Assembly (NCBI GenBank): GCA_963796275.1
Contig: CAWCKY010000006.1
Location: 2,208,001 to 2,272,000, forward strand
Direction: 5' to 3'
DNA length: 64,000 nt
DNA from: an uncultured Acidobacteriota bacterium
GTDB lineage: Bacteria > Acidobacteriota > Blastocatellia > RBC074
Below, in pieces: positions 1-10,353 of the stretch (position 1 is its first letter; each line of letters starts with the position of its first letter). The notes beneath the pieces are model-generated. The model saw only the letters and a list, made by a program, of their open reading frames with translations, did not search any database and was not told where the DNA came from. Both the position numbers and the translations under genes were made by a program.

Positions 1-14
1 TTTTAGGAGAAGAT

Positions 15-155
15 ATGCGGAATCCATTTGCACGTAGAAGAAAGAATCACCCGCTTATGCGGGTTCTTGGTGGCGCGTTGATCGCGGTGGTCGGGGCGGG
101 TGTAGTTAAGATGTTTCCGGACATCAGGCGATATCTCAAGATTAGCAGGATGTGA
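15..155 (+). CDS. 46-aa single-TM small protein (DUF6893-like, hydrogenase-cluster associated)
   Basis: Not in the ORF track. AGGAG RBS at 5-9, ATG at 15, TGA at 153-155. Translates MRNPFARRRKNHPLMRVLGGALIAVVGAGVVKMFPDIRRYLKISRM. The C-terminal PDIRRYLKIxxM motif resembles small proteins recalled from group 1h clusters. Confidence 0.75.
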   Translation: MRNPFARRRKNHPLMRVLGGALIAVVGAGVVKMFPDIRRYLKISRM

Positions 156-161
156 GGCTCC

Positions 162-728
162 ATGCGAAGGCAGCAGCATGACGAAGTGTGGAAGGGCCTG
201 GCAGCTGGTGTTGCAGGCGGGCTGGTCGGAGGCTGGGTGATGAACCAGTTTCAGAGCTGGTGGAGCCGGCGGTCGCATGGTATTGAGCGTCCACACGGCG
301 CGCAGTCTCTCCAACAAGGCTCACCGCAACCGGGGCGCGGCGAACTGCAAATCGCTAATGAAGAAGCGAGTGATAACGCAGCGATACGCGCGGCGAGCGT
401 CATCTCCGAACGCTTGTTTCATCGCAGCTTGAAGAAAAATGAGAAGGAGCTGGCTGGCGCTGCAAGCCATTATGCCATGAGCGCGGCTTCAGGTGGGATT
501 TATGGCGCGCTCGCGGAAGTGCAGCCGGTTGCGACCGTTGGGGCTGGTTTGCCATTCGGCGCAGCAGTCTGGGTCATCGCTGACGAATTCGTTGTTCCAG
601 CGCTCGGTCTTTCGAAGAAGCCGGCTGAATATTCGCTTGCGATTCACGCTTACTCCCTCGCTTCACACCTCGTTTTCGGACTCGCGACCGAGATGAGCCG
701 GCGCGCTGTCCGTAGCATACTCAAATAA
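162..728 (+). CDS. DUF1440-like membrane protein
   Basis: KGLAAGVAGGLVGGWVMNQFQ start, HY...GGIYG and HLVFG motifs, several hydrophobic segments. Confidence 0.75.
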   Translation: MRRQQHDEVWKGLAAGVAGGLVGGWVMNQFQSWWSRRSHGIERPHGAQSLQQGSPQPGRGELQIANEEASDNAAIRAASVISERLFHRSLKKNEKELAGAASHYAMSAASGGIYGALAEVQPVATVGAGLPFGAAVWVIADEFVVPALGLSKKPAEYSLAIHAYSLASHLVFGLATEMSRRAVRSILK

Positions 729-732
729 AGTC

Positions 733-1278
733 GTGCGATACACTATAGAATCAGATCAGAGCCGGCTCACGATACATGCGTTTGCCAAAGGAATGCTCTC
801 GGCATTCGGTCACAGCCCGACACTCGCGGTGCGTGGTCTAGCGGGCGAAGTCGACTTTGATGCGGATTCGCCTGGCGAGGCAACTCTCCGGCTGGGGTTC
901 TCGACCGGATCTCTGGTCGTGCTGGATAATATAGGCGAAACAGATCGTCGCGAGATCGAACGGAAGACGCGCGAAGAAGTCCTGGAGATCGCTCATTTCC
1001 CTGAGGTTGTTTACCGAAGTTTGCAGGTATCGGCACGACCAACGGGAGAAGGGGCTTACAAGGTGGGGTTGAACGGCGAGTTGTCGCTGCACGGCGTCAC
1101 GCGCAATCAGGCCATCGAGGCCAGCGTGCTGGTGGCTCACAACTATTTGCACGCGCGCGGCGAATCGACGATACGGCAGAGCGATTATCGCATCGAGCCG
1201 GTCACCGCTCTCGGCGGCGCCATCAAATTGAAGGACGAACTCGTACTCACCTTCGATATAAAAGCATTTAGTCAGTAA
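733..1278 (+). CDS. YceI-family (polyisoprenoid/lipid-binding) protein, no obvious signal peptide
   Basis: GELSLHGVTR motif, QSDYRI..GGAIKLKDEL C-terminus, GTG start. Confidence 0.8.
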   Translation: MRYTIESDQSRLTIHAFAKGMLSAFGHSPTLAVRGLAGEVDFDADSPGEATLRLGFSTGSLVVLDNIGETDRREIERKTREEVLEIAHFPEVVYRSLQVSARPTGEGAYKVGLNGELSLHGVTRNQAIEASVLVAHNYLHARGESTIRQSDYRIEPVTALGGAIKLKDELVLTFDIKAFSQ

Positions 1279-1311
1279 CCTGGGTCGCAGCCGCGCTGCC
1301 AATGAGAGATT

Positions 1312-1710
1312 ATGCACGAATTATCCATAGCTCTGAGCATCATCGAAGGCGCTGAGGAAGAAGCCGCGCGGCACGGCGGCCAGGTCACCGCTGTGCATCT
1401 CCGGCTCGGTCCGCTATCTGGTGTGGTCAAAGATGCACTGCTCTTCTCTTATGACCTGGCTTCCGAAAACACGCCGCTCGCCGGCTCGCGCCTGGTGATC
1501 GAGGAATCGCCGGTCATCGTCTATTGTTCGCAGTGCGCCGCCGAACGCACGATCGCATCGATCCAATCTTTCTGCTGCCCGGTGTGCGGCGAGCCGGCGC
1601 CTGAAGTCGTGCGGGGAAGAGAATTGGAACTGGTAGCTTTGGAACTTAGCTCATTGGAGATGAAGAATGAATGCCAACTCGCGTCAGCCCCGAATACCCC
1701 GTCTGATTGA
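1312..1710 (+). CDS. hypA: Hydrogenase nickel metallochaperone HypA
   Basis: MHELSIA Ni-binding N-terminus, CSQC and CPVC zinc motifs, GRELEL. Confidence 0.95.
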   Translation: MHELSIALSIIEGAEEEAARHGGQVTAVHLRLGPLSGVVKDALLFSYDLASENTPLAGSRLVIEESPVIVYCSQCAAERTIASIQSFCCPVCGEPAPEVVRGRELELVALELSSLEMKNECQLASAPNTPSD

Positions 1711-2440
1711 GGTCAGGCGGAATGTGCTGAAGCAGAACGATCTGCTGGCCCGCGCGCTGCGCGAGCGTTTCAGCGATGCCGGGGTCTTCGTGGTCAGCAT
1801 CGTTTCAAGCCCCGGCTCCGGCAAGACGACCCTGCTGGAAAAAACGCTCGCTCATTTTCGGAGCGAATGCCGCGTCGCCGCGCTCGTCGGCGATCTGGCG
1901 ACAGACAACGACGCCGCGCGGCTCGCTCGCGCGAATGTTCCGGTCAAACAGATTACCACCGGAACAGTTTGTCACCTCGAAGCCGCGATGGTCGAACGCG
2001 CACTCGATGGCTGGAATCTCGCCGACCTCGATTACCTGTTCATCGAAAACGTCGGCAACCTGGTCTGCCCATCGAGTTATGATCTGGGCGAAGACCTGCG
2101 TCTGACCTTGATGTCTGTCACCGAAGGCGAGGATAAGCCGCTCAAGTACCCGACGATCTTCAACACCGCGGACGCGGCAGTCATCACCAAGATCGATCTG
2201 GCCGAGGCGGTCGAGTTTGATGCAAAGGCTGCTTACCGAAGCATTCAATCGGTCAGACCGGGAATGCAGGTTTTCGAGATTTCGGCGAAATCGGGCCGGG
2301 GTATGGATGAATGGCTGCAATATCTGCGATCGCAGCAAGAGGTGAAGCGAAATGAAGAGAGGATGGGATTCGGACGGGATATGAGGGATGAAACGAAACA
2401 TGATTCCACCCTTAATCCGCTTCCCGATAGCGAGACTTGA
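1667..2440 (+). CDS. hypB: Hydrogenase nickel-incorporation GTPase HypB
   Basis: SSPGSGKTT P-loop, CHLEA, ENVGNLVCP, EGEDKPLKYP. Confidence 0.95.
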   Translation: MNANSRQPRIPRLIEVRRNVLKQNDLLARALRERFSDAGVFVVSIVSSPGSGKTTLLEKTLAHFRSECRVAALVGDLATDNDAARLARANVPVKQITTGTVCHLEAAMVERALDGWNLADLDYLFIENVGNLVCPSSYDLGEDLRLTLMSVTEGEDKPLKYPTIFNTADAAVITKIDLAEAVEFDAKAAYRSIQSVRPGMQVFEISAKSGRGMDEWLQYLRSQQEVKRNEERMGFGRDMRDETKHDSTLNPLPDSET

Positions 2441-4779
2441 TGGAGACGCGAACGCAAATACTGGTGCGGGGCATCGTGCAGGGAGTAGGGTTTCGGCCTT
2501 ACGTCTTTTCGCTCGCCCGTCAGCGTGTCCTGAGAGGCAGGGTTTTCAATAATTCATATGGCGTCCTGATCGAGGTCGAAGGCGAGGAGCAAGCTATTGA
2601 GCAGTTCGTTAGCGATCTGATCACGTACCTGCCGCCGCTCGCCGTCATCGAGTCGGTCGAGCGCCGCGACGATTTGATCCCCGCCAACTTCGGAGACTTC
2701 CAAATCATCGAGAGCGAAGTATCTGCTGAGAAGTTCGTGCCGATTCCGGCTGACATCGCTACCTGCGACGACTGCCTGCGAGAATTATTCGACCCGCGCG
2801 ATCGGCGGTTCCGCTATCCGTTCATAAACTGCACCAACTGTGGCCCTCGTTTCACGATCATCCAGGACATCCCGTACGACCGCGCGAGAACGACGATGCG
2901 CGAGTTTGTCATGTGCGGCGAGTGTCGGTCAGAGTATGAAAATCCGCACGACCGCCGCTTTCATGCCGAGCCGATCGCCTGTTCCGCCTGCGGCCCGCAA
3001 CTGCGTTTGACCGACGCGCAGGGCCGGGATGTTATGCCTCTTTCGGACTCAATAGACGGCGTCCTCAGCAATACCCGATGCCTGCTCAGCCAGGGGAGGA
3101 TCATCGCCATCAAAGGACTGGGCGGATATCATCTCGCCTGCGATGCGCTCGATACTGAAGCGGTCGAACGTCTGCGCCGCAAGAAGTATCGAGAGGACAA
3201 GCCATTTGCGCTGATGTGCGGCTCCATCGATCTCATCCGGGAGTATTGCGAAATCACGCAGGAAGAAAAAGAGTTGCTTCTGTCAGCGCACCGCCCCATT
3301 GTTCTGCTCGAGAAGAAATCGAGCGCGAAGATTCCGCGGGCAGTCGCTCCCGGCGTGAAAACGCTCGGCTTCATGCTTCCCTACACGCCGCTGCATCATC
3401 TGCTGCTGAAGGATTTGGACGGCCGCTCGTGATGACTAGCGGGAATATTTCGGATGAGCCGATATGTTATGAGGATGGCGAGGCCAGAGGGCGACTGGGC
3501 GAAATTGCCGATTATCTTCCTGTTGCACAACCGGCGCATTCAGATGCGCGATAGATGATTCGGTCGCGCGCGTGCACGCGGGAAGTGTAACTCAGCTTCG
3601 CCGTTCGCGCGGTTATGCGCCGGTGCCGCTCAAGACATCCGTTCGGCTTCAATCGAGCAGATTCTCGCCTGCGGCGCGGAGCTGAAGAACACTTTCTGTC
3701 TGACGCGCGAGCGACCACGCGTTCATCAGCCATCACATCGGCGATCTGGAGAATCTGGAGACCTTCGCTCATTTACGAACGGCATCGAGCATTTCAAGCG
3801 GCTCTTCGACCTTCAACCGGAAGTCGTCGCTTACGATCTGCATCCCGAATATCTCTCGACGAAATACGCGCTGTCGCTGCGATGAATCGTGCTTAAGATC
3901 GGCGTCCAGCATCATCACGCGCACATCGCGAGTTGCATGGCGGACAACGGTTTCGATGGCGAAGTCATCGGCGTGGCAATGGACGGACTCGGATTCGGCG
4001 AGGATGGCCGGTTCTGGGGCGGCGAGTTCTTCGTCGCCGATTATGCGACTGCCCGGCGCATCGCGCATCTGGCCTACGTGCCGATGCCTGGCGGCGCGAA
4101 AGCGATTCGCGAGCCGTGGCGGATGGCCGCGGTTTACCTTCACCGCGCGCTTGGCGATGAGTTCCTTCATTCTGGATTTGCCATTCGTGCAGCGGCTGAA
4201 TCGGCGGGCCTGGTGCGATGCTTAAACAGATGGCGGCCCGCGGCATCAACAGCCCTGAAACATCGAGCATGGGCAGGCTTTTCGACGCCGTGGCGAGCTT
4301 GCTCGGCGTGAGGGACGCGGTCAACTATGAAGGCCAGGCGGCGATCGAGCTGGAAGCGATGGCCGTCTGTGATGGCGAGCTCGGTTATGAATTTGAGTTC
4401 GATGCGACGCGCGGTATCATCGAGGCCGAACCGGTGATCCGGCAGATCGCAGCCGACCTGCTCGACGGCGTAACGGCTGAGGTGATATCGGCAAGGTTTC
4501 ATCGGGGTGTGGCGAAAAATGATAGAAATCGTAGCGCGTCGAATCAGGGAGCAGCAGGCGGCTGAACCGGGTGGCGCTGTCAGGCGGGGTATTTCAGAAC
4601 ATGTTGTTGCTGGAAATTACCAGTAAATTGCTGAGCGCCGCAGGCTTCGAGGTCTTCACTCATCACCGCGTGCCGCCGGGCGATGGCGGCATTGCTCTCG
4701 GTCAGGCGGCCGTCGCCAACGCCCGTCTCGCGTCCGACAAGCTTCTTTTAGACTTTCGGCTTCCGGAGAGGATCGAATC
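2437..4779 (+). CDS. hypF: Carbamoyltransferase HypF, split by multiple single-base indels
   Basis: [10 protein letters not shown] acylphosphatase domain, CxxC zinc fingers, [38 protein letters not shown] and DGGIALGQ occur in successive frames. The 3' end is approximate because the last frame runs on to 4924. Confidence 0.9.
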
Positions 4780-5046
4780 ATGTGCTTGGCGATACCTGGA
4801 AAGATCGTCGAGATCGTGGACGACGCGAACCGAATCGTTAAAGTCGATGTCGGCGGAGTTCGGCGAAACATCAATGTCGGAATGCTCGACCCGCATGAAG
4901 CGCAGGTCGGCGATTACGTGTTGATTCACGTGGGTTTTGCAATGAGCCGAATTGACGAGCGAGAAGCGGAAGAGACGCTGCGGCTGCTGAGAGAGCTGGG
5001 TTCTTACGAGGAAGAGTTTGATCAGTTCAAGGGCTCGATGAGCTGA
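4780..5046 (+). CDS. hypC: HypC/HupF chaperone
   Basis: MCLAIPG N-terminus, [11 protein letters not shown]. Confidence 0.95.
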   Translation: MCLAIPGKIVEIVDDANRIVKVDVGGVRRNINVGMLDPHEAQVGDYVLIHVGFAMSRIDEREAEETLRLLRELGSYEEEFDQFKGSMS

Positions 5047-5058
5047 GGGCTGCGACCG

Positions 5059-5756
5059 ATGACCAGGCCAGTAGACCAATTTTCGCGAGCATTTTATCCG
5101 TTTCTGCACGCTGACGATCGCGCGCCACGGGAATTGATGGAAGACCTGCGCTTATCGCTGCTGGAGAAGGCGCGGGAGAGCGTCGAGGTGAAGAGCCGTT
5201 TCTTTGCCGAGCAACAGGAGACGATTCTGCAGCTCGCGCAGAAGTTGGCGCAGGCTTTTCATCGCGGGCGCAAGCTGCTTCGTATGCGGCAACGGCGGAT
5301 CGGCTACCGACGCGCAGCACATCGCCGTCGAGTTCATGCACCCGATCACGGTGGGCCGCAAAGCGCTGCCGGCGATCTGCCTCAACAACGACATGGCGAT
5401 GGTCACGGCGGTGGCCAACGATGTCGGATTTGCCGATGTCTTCGCGCGCCAGATCATCGCGCTCGGCGGTGAGGGCGACGTGCTGCTCGCCATTTCGACC
5501 AGCGGCAACTCGGAGAACCTGATGCATGCTTTTGCAGACGGCGCGGCGGTTGAAGCTCGTCACCATCGGCTTTGCGGGCGGCGACGGCGGCAGAATGGCT
5601 GCCATGCACGAACGGGGCTTGATCGATTATTGCCTGACTGTGCCGACTTCGAGCATTCACCGCATGCAGGAGACACACGTCACGCTCTATCACATAATGT
5701 GGGACATGGTGCATGAAATATTGCCGCATCGGTTGTTGCTGAGCGACCCGGCATAA
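5059..5756 (+). CDS. SIS-domain GmhA-like phosphosugar isomerase (frameshifted near 5280 and 5530)
   Basis: CGNGGSATDAQH, AVANDVGF, ISTSGNSEN and HRMQETH spread over three frames. Confidence 0.8.
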
Positions 5757-5843
5757 CACTTAATCGCGGTCAGCTTTGTCCGGGAGGGGTGATGACAATC
5801 CGGTAACAGCGCCGTGACATTTCGATTCAGGGAAGGAGGCAAT

Positions 5844-6961
5844 ATGAAGTTCATCGACGAATATCGCGAAGGTGAGATTGCGGTAAGACTGGCAGAGCAG
5901 ATAGCGAAGATGACATCGCAACCGCTCAAGCTGATGGAGGTCTGCGGCGGCCACACGCACACGATCTTCAAGTACGGTATCGAAGATTTGCTGCCGCCCA
6001 ATATCGAGATGATCCATGGCCCGGGCTGCCCGGTCTGCGTGATCCCGCTGGGCCGCGTGGACGATGCGATTTCGATTGCGCTCAGGAGCGACGTCATTTT
6101 TACGACATTCGGCGACATGATGCGCGTGCCCGGATCAAAGACTTCGCTCCTGAAGGCGAAGGCCGAAGGGGCGGATGTGCGGATGGTCTATTCGCCGCTC
6201 GATGCGCTCAAGATCGCGCAACAAAATCCGGCGCGGCAAGTGGTCTTTCTGGCGCTCGGCTTCGAAACGACAGCGCCCTCGACAGCGCTGACTTTGATAC
6301 AGGCGGCGAAGGACGGGGTCGAGAACTTCAGCGTCTTCTGCAATCACATCATGATCGTGCCTGCGCTGAAAGCCATGCTCGATTCGCCCGACCTCAGGCT
6401 CGATGGCTTCGTCGGCCCGGGACACGTAAGCACGGTGATCGGCACGCGTCCCTATGAATTCGTGCCGCAGGAATACGGCAAGCCGCTCGTCGTCTCCGGC
6501 TTCGAGCCGCTCGACGTGCTGCAGTCGGTGTACATGATCGTGAAACAGATCGTCGAAGGCCGCGCGGAAGTCGAAAATCAATACGGGCGGGCAGTCCGGC
6601 GCGAAGGCAACCAGCGGGCGCTGGAGGCGCTCTGCGAGGTATTCGAGCCGCGCGAATATTTCGAGTGGCGCGGCCTCGGCTCGATCGCGCACAGCGGGAT
6701 GAAGCTGCGGGGCGAATACGCCGCCTTCGATGCCGAAGTGAAATATTCGATGCCCGGGTTGCGCGTCGCCGACCCAAAGGCCTGCCAGTGCGGCGAGATT
6801 TTGAAAGGCGTCAAGAAACCGTGGGAGTGCAAAGTCTTCGGCACGGCCTGCACGCCGGAAACGCCCATCGGTTCGTGCATGGTATCGAGCGAAGGCGCGT
6901 GCGCGGCCTATTACAACTTCGGCCGTCTATCGAAGATCGCCCATCGCGTGAGGTTAAAAAT
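5844..6961 (+). CDS. hypD: Hydrogenase formation protein HypD (stop codon not resolved)
   Basis: GGAGG RBS, MEVCGGHTH, GPGCPVC, GFETT, PGHVS, CMVSSEGACAAYY. No stop before hypE. Confidence 0.92.
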
Positions 6962-8060
6962 ATGTCCAATCCCTTCACACCCTCACCTCTCTTTGAGCGC
7001 GTCGAGCGCGTGCGACGGCGGAAGCCTCGAGTCAAAGATGATTTCATCACCCTCTCGCACGGCAGCGGGGGCAAGGCGATGCACGAACTTATTGAGGGCT
7101 TGTTCCTCGACTACTTCTCCAACCCGCTGCTCGCTCCGCTCGAAGACCAGGCCGTGTTCGAGATCGCCAAAGGTAGGCGTCGCTTTCACGACCGATTCAT
7201 ATGTCGTAACGCCGCTCTTCTTTCCCGGCGGCGATATCGGGCGCCTCGCCGTCAGCGGCACGGTTAACGATCTGGCGATGAGCGGCGCTCGCCCGCTATA
7301 TCTTTCCGCCGGCTTCATCCTTGAAGAAGGTTTCCCCGTGATCGACCTCAAGTGCATCCTCGCATCAATGAGCGCAACGGCTGCGGAGGCCGGCGTGCAG
7401 ATAGTCACCGGCGACACGAAGGTCGTGCAGAAAGGCGGCGCCGATAAAATCTTCATCAATACATCAGGCATCGGACTGATCGAACAGCGCGCCGATATCT
7501 CGGTGGCAAGCGCCAAAATCGGAGATAAAGTGATAGTGAGCGGCTCAATCGGAGATCACGGCACTACGATTATGATTGCGCGCGGCGAGTTGGAGCTGGA
7601 GACCGAGATCGAAAGCGACGCTGCGCCTCTCAATTCGCTGGTCGCCGACATGCTCGATGAAGCCGCGCGCATCGATGCCCCCGGCGCGATCCATTGTCTG
7701 CGCGACCCGACGCGCGGCGGCGTGGCGACCACGCTCAATGAAATCGCCCTCAGTTCCGAAGTTTGTCTGCAAATCGAAGAATCACTGCTTCCCGTTCGCG
7801 AAGAGGTCAAGGGCGCATGCGAGATTCTCGGGCTCGATCCGCTTTATGTCGCCAACGAAGGCAAGCTCGTAGCATTGGTCGCGCCAGAGGTGGCGGACGC
7901 GGTATTAGAGCGGATGCGCAATCACCCGTTGGGCCGCGCAGCTCGCATCATCGGAGAGGCGAAAGCGGAACCGCCCGGCATCGTCGTCTTGCGGACGGCT
8001 TTCGGCGGTTCGCGCATCGTAGACTTGCTGGTCGGCGAACAATTGCCGCGCATCTGTTAG
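6962..8060 (+). CDS. hypE: HypE carbamoyl dehydratase (frameshift near 7170)
   Basis: N-terminus MSNPF...ITLSHGSGGKAM lies in the 6665 frame. It continues as FTTDSYVV, GTVNDLAM, RDPTRGG and the C-terminal GEQLPRIC in the 5814 frame. Confidence 0.92.
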
Positions 8061-8125
8061 CTCCCTCTCTCTCGCAATTTTATGCGCGGAGAAGGCGCAT
8101 TGTATCTTCAATCCTACGCTCTCTA

Positions 8126-8178
8126 TTATTGAGCTTCAGGCAATCGGTTTTACAAAGTTTGCCTGCTTCGGTTCCGCC
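8126..8178. repeat. 53-bp dispersed direct repeat, copy 1 (copy 2 at 27927-27979)
   Basis: TTATTGAGCTTCAGGCAATCGGyTTTACAAAGwTTGCCyGCTTCGsTTCCGCC. The two copies differ at 4 of 53 positions. Confidence 0.9.
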
Positions 8179-8250
8179 ACATATGGGTGTAAGCCGGCGG
8201 TTCAATGCCTCGTCATTGCCCAAACTTTCGCACGAAATGTACACATTCTT

Positions 8251-8534
8251 CGTCGCGTAGCGACGGCGTGAATGTAGCCGTGCGTTTTAACGCACGGAAA
8301 GCCAGTAAAACGCTCCGCGTCGCGTCAGCGACGGTTGAGTCAAGCGTCGCTGACGCGATGCGGGGACAATCTCACATGTCTACCGTGGGTTGAACCTTGT
8401 CGTTACCCAAACTTTGCGCTAATGGATATCCGCCCCGTTGGGGTGGAGTTCGTATATCCAAAAGAGTAAAAGTTTGATGGGTAATGACAAGGGGTTGAAA
8501 CCCACGCCTACATTCACGTCGTCGCTATGCGACG
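8251..8534. repeat. REP-like palindromic cluster (CGTCGCGTCAGCGACG / CCGTGGGTTGAAACCCACG type), interrupted by a MITE
   Basis: Nested inverted repeats CGTCGCGTAGCGACG, CCGTGCGTTTTAACGCACGG and CGTCAGCGACG..CGTCGCTGACG. The terminal arm CTACATTCACG is complementary to CGTGAATGTAG. Confidence 0.75.
8395..8492. mobile_element. 98-bp MITE with terminal inverted repeats and a 7-bp target-site duplication
   Basis: TIRs CCTTGTCGTTACCC-AAACTTT and AAAGTTTGATGGGTAATGACAAGG. GGTTGAA is duplicated at 8388-8394 and 8493-8499. Confidence 0.85.
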
Positions 8535-8941
8535 ATGGATGCCGGTGCCGGCATTGAAAGGCTGTATTAGATTTCACCCCGGATGCTAAGCGGCAAATCG
8601 GCATGGGCGTTAAACAACCCGGGTGATTGTATAAAAACAGAATCCGGATATTATCTCTCGCTCTTTCCAATATACCGACTCGTCAGAAGTTCACTGAAAG
8701 TTGGCAGTGGACAGTAAGCAGTAAGGTAGGTTACAACTGCCCAATCCGTTATCCGCGGAGTCATTCGTTTCATGGCAAATCTGTTGGCGTTCTTAAAGCG
8801 TCACCTTACGTGGCGGCATGGCGTAGCACTTAATCCATCAGAGATCGGAATTTGAGTAGATGGATCGAGGAATAGCTGAGAAGGTAATGTCAGAAGGCTG
8901 GCAGATAAAGCGATAGATAGCTAACAACCGAGGAGCGAACT

Positions 8942-9637
8942 ATGAGCGACGAAGAAAGAATCGTTCACAACACGGCGGAAGATCAGGAGTGGGCCGATCT
9001 GCTATCGCCAGCGCGGCGCAAGATAATAGTGAGCGCCGGCCTGACAGCGGCGGGCCTCACTGCCGGTAGCATCGTGGCAGCTGGTCAGGAGGTAGTCGCG
9101 CCCGGCAATTCATCATTCAAGCCAATCGTTCCCCCGCCCGACGTGGGGAAAAGTCCGTGGGGATATGAGACATACAAGGAACCCACGCCTCGGCCGCGGA
9201 GCGTGCGACCGGGAGAGGAGAATGGCTTGCCCAAAACGCCGCGCCCGTACACCGAGATCAAAAGTTATCACGCGCATTTCTATTTCGACGATGACACCTA
9301 CGAGAGGGCTGTTTTGGTGCGCATGTGGGCGGTGGAGCGCTTCCCGGTAGAGTTGGGCAATTGGAACCTGGAACCGCGCGGACCACACGTGACTCCATCA
9401 TTCTATTTTGGTTTCACCAACGACCTGTTGCCGATCATCGTTCCGTGGTTGCAACTCAACAGCCTCGGATTAACCATCCTGTTGCATCCCAACACAGATG
9501 ATCCGCGTGCCGATCACCTGTATTACACGTTGTGGGTCAATCGATCACAGCCGGTGAACGCATACAACATGCCCAAGCGAGCGAGCGTAGAGAAGATTTT
9601 CCCCAATACCAGGCCCACCGTGAAACTGGAGACCTGA
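8942..9637 (+). CDS. DOPA 4,5-dioxygenase-family protein with Tat-like leader
   Basis: YHAHFYF, GPH and LLHPNT...DH motifs. SPARRKIIVSAGL..AAG leader. GAGGAG RBS. Confidence 0.8.
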   Translation: MSDEERIVHNTAEDQEWADLLSPARRKIIVSAGLTAAGLTAGSIVAAGQEVVAPGNSSFKPIVPPPDVGKSPWGYETYKEPTPRPRSVRPGEENGLPKTPRPYTEIKSYHAHFYFDDDTYERAVLVRMWAVERFPVELGNWNLEPRGPHVTPSFYFGFTNDLLPIIVPWLQLNSLGLTILLHPNTDDPRADHLYYTLWVNRSQPVNAYNMPKRASVEKIFPNTRPTVKLET

Positions 9638-9803
9638 TTATCGTCGATTGAAAATTCCTGATGTGAACCACGCAATCTGTAAGCGCCAATGGTGCGGAAC
9701 CGCTACAGCTTCGGTAAAAAAATTGCAAAGCCCTAGTGATTTTTAGTCAGAGACCTGTGTCGAAACGCTGAACGGGAAAAAAGGGCTGGCCGGATAATTC
9801 TGG

Positions 9804-10106
9804 TTATTTGCGAATTTTGGCTTTTGGCAATTGCAAGCGATTTTGCAATTCGGAGATGTATTCGCTCATTGTGTCGGTATTGGCACACCAATATTTAAAC
9901 TGCCCTTCATTGCGAGAGTCGAGTAATCCGGCTTCGGTCAGTTCCTTCAAGTGATGCGAGACGGTCGCCTGCGAGATGGGGAACTCGTCACAAATCGCGC
10001 CGCAGCACATCTCTTCGCCTCCCGTCGTCGCGATCTTCTGATAAATCTCGAACCGTCGCGGATCTGCAAGCGCCCTGGCTATTTTTTGAAATCGTTTATT
10101 GTCCAT
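9804..10106 (-). CDS. ArsR/SmtB-family transcriptional repressor
   Basis: ALADPRR, CCG..C, ISQATVSHHLKEL.EAGL. ATG at 10106, alternative TTG at 10115. Confidence 0.9.
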   Translation of the reverse strand: MDNKRFQKIARALADPRRFEIYQKIATTGGEEMCCGAICDEFPISQATVSHHLKELTEAGLLDSRNEGQFKYWCANTDTMSEYISELQNRLQLPKAKIRK

Positions 10107-10134
10107 CGGCGTCAATCATATTCTGATAGACAAA

Positions 10135-10160
10135 TTGACAGATATCGATATGCTTGTCAA
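10135..10160. promoter_or_regulatory. Inverted repeat TTGACA-N14-TGTCAA: candidate ArsR operator or back-to-back -35 boxes
   Basis: Perfect 6-bp inverted repeat between the divergent arsR and SnoaL genes. Confidence 0.5.
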
Positions 10161-10353
10161 ACATCGGTCCTAAAAATGTTTCATCGCCACTTGCCGCCGT
10201 AAATGCAGCGGAACCATTGTTTTGCGAGTTTGCGCCAGCCTGCGCGAAGCTTTCATGAAATAAGCAAGAATCTGGAAGTCGTATCTCCCTTGCACTGATA
10301 GGATCCTCATCGGACATCGCTGTACCGGATGTCTCGATAAAATCGGGGGTCAT

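Noticed and set aside
2437-4924. Programmed frameshifting in hypF
   Set aside because: There are too many shifts and no consistent slippery sites.
4780-4924. Functional long hypF/hypC overlap
   Set aside because: The read-through has no HypF similarity and lies in an indel-rich patch.
5814-8060. 748-aa HypD-HypE fusion ORF
   Set aside because: The true HypE N-terminus (ITLSHGSGG) is in another frame starting at 6962. The fusion results from an indel near 7170.
8251-8534. tRNA or riboswitch
   Set aside because: The palindromes are explained by a REP cluster plus a MITE, with no tRNA or riboswitch consensus.
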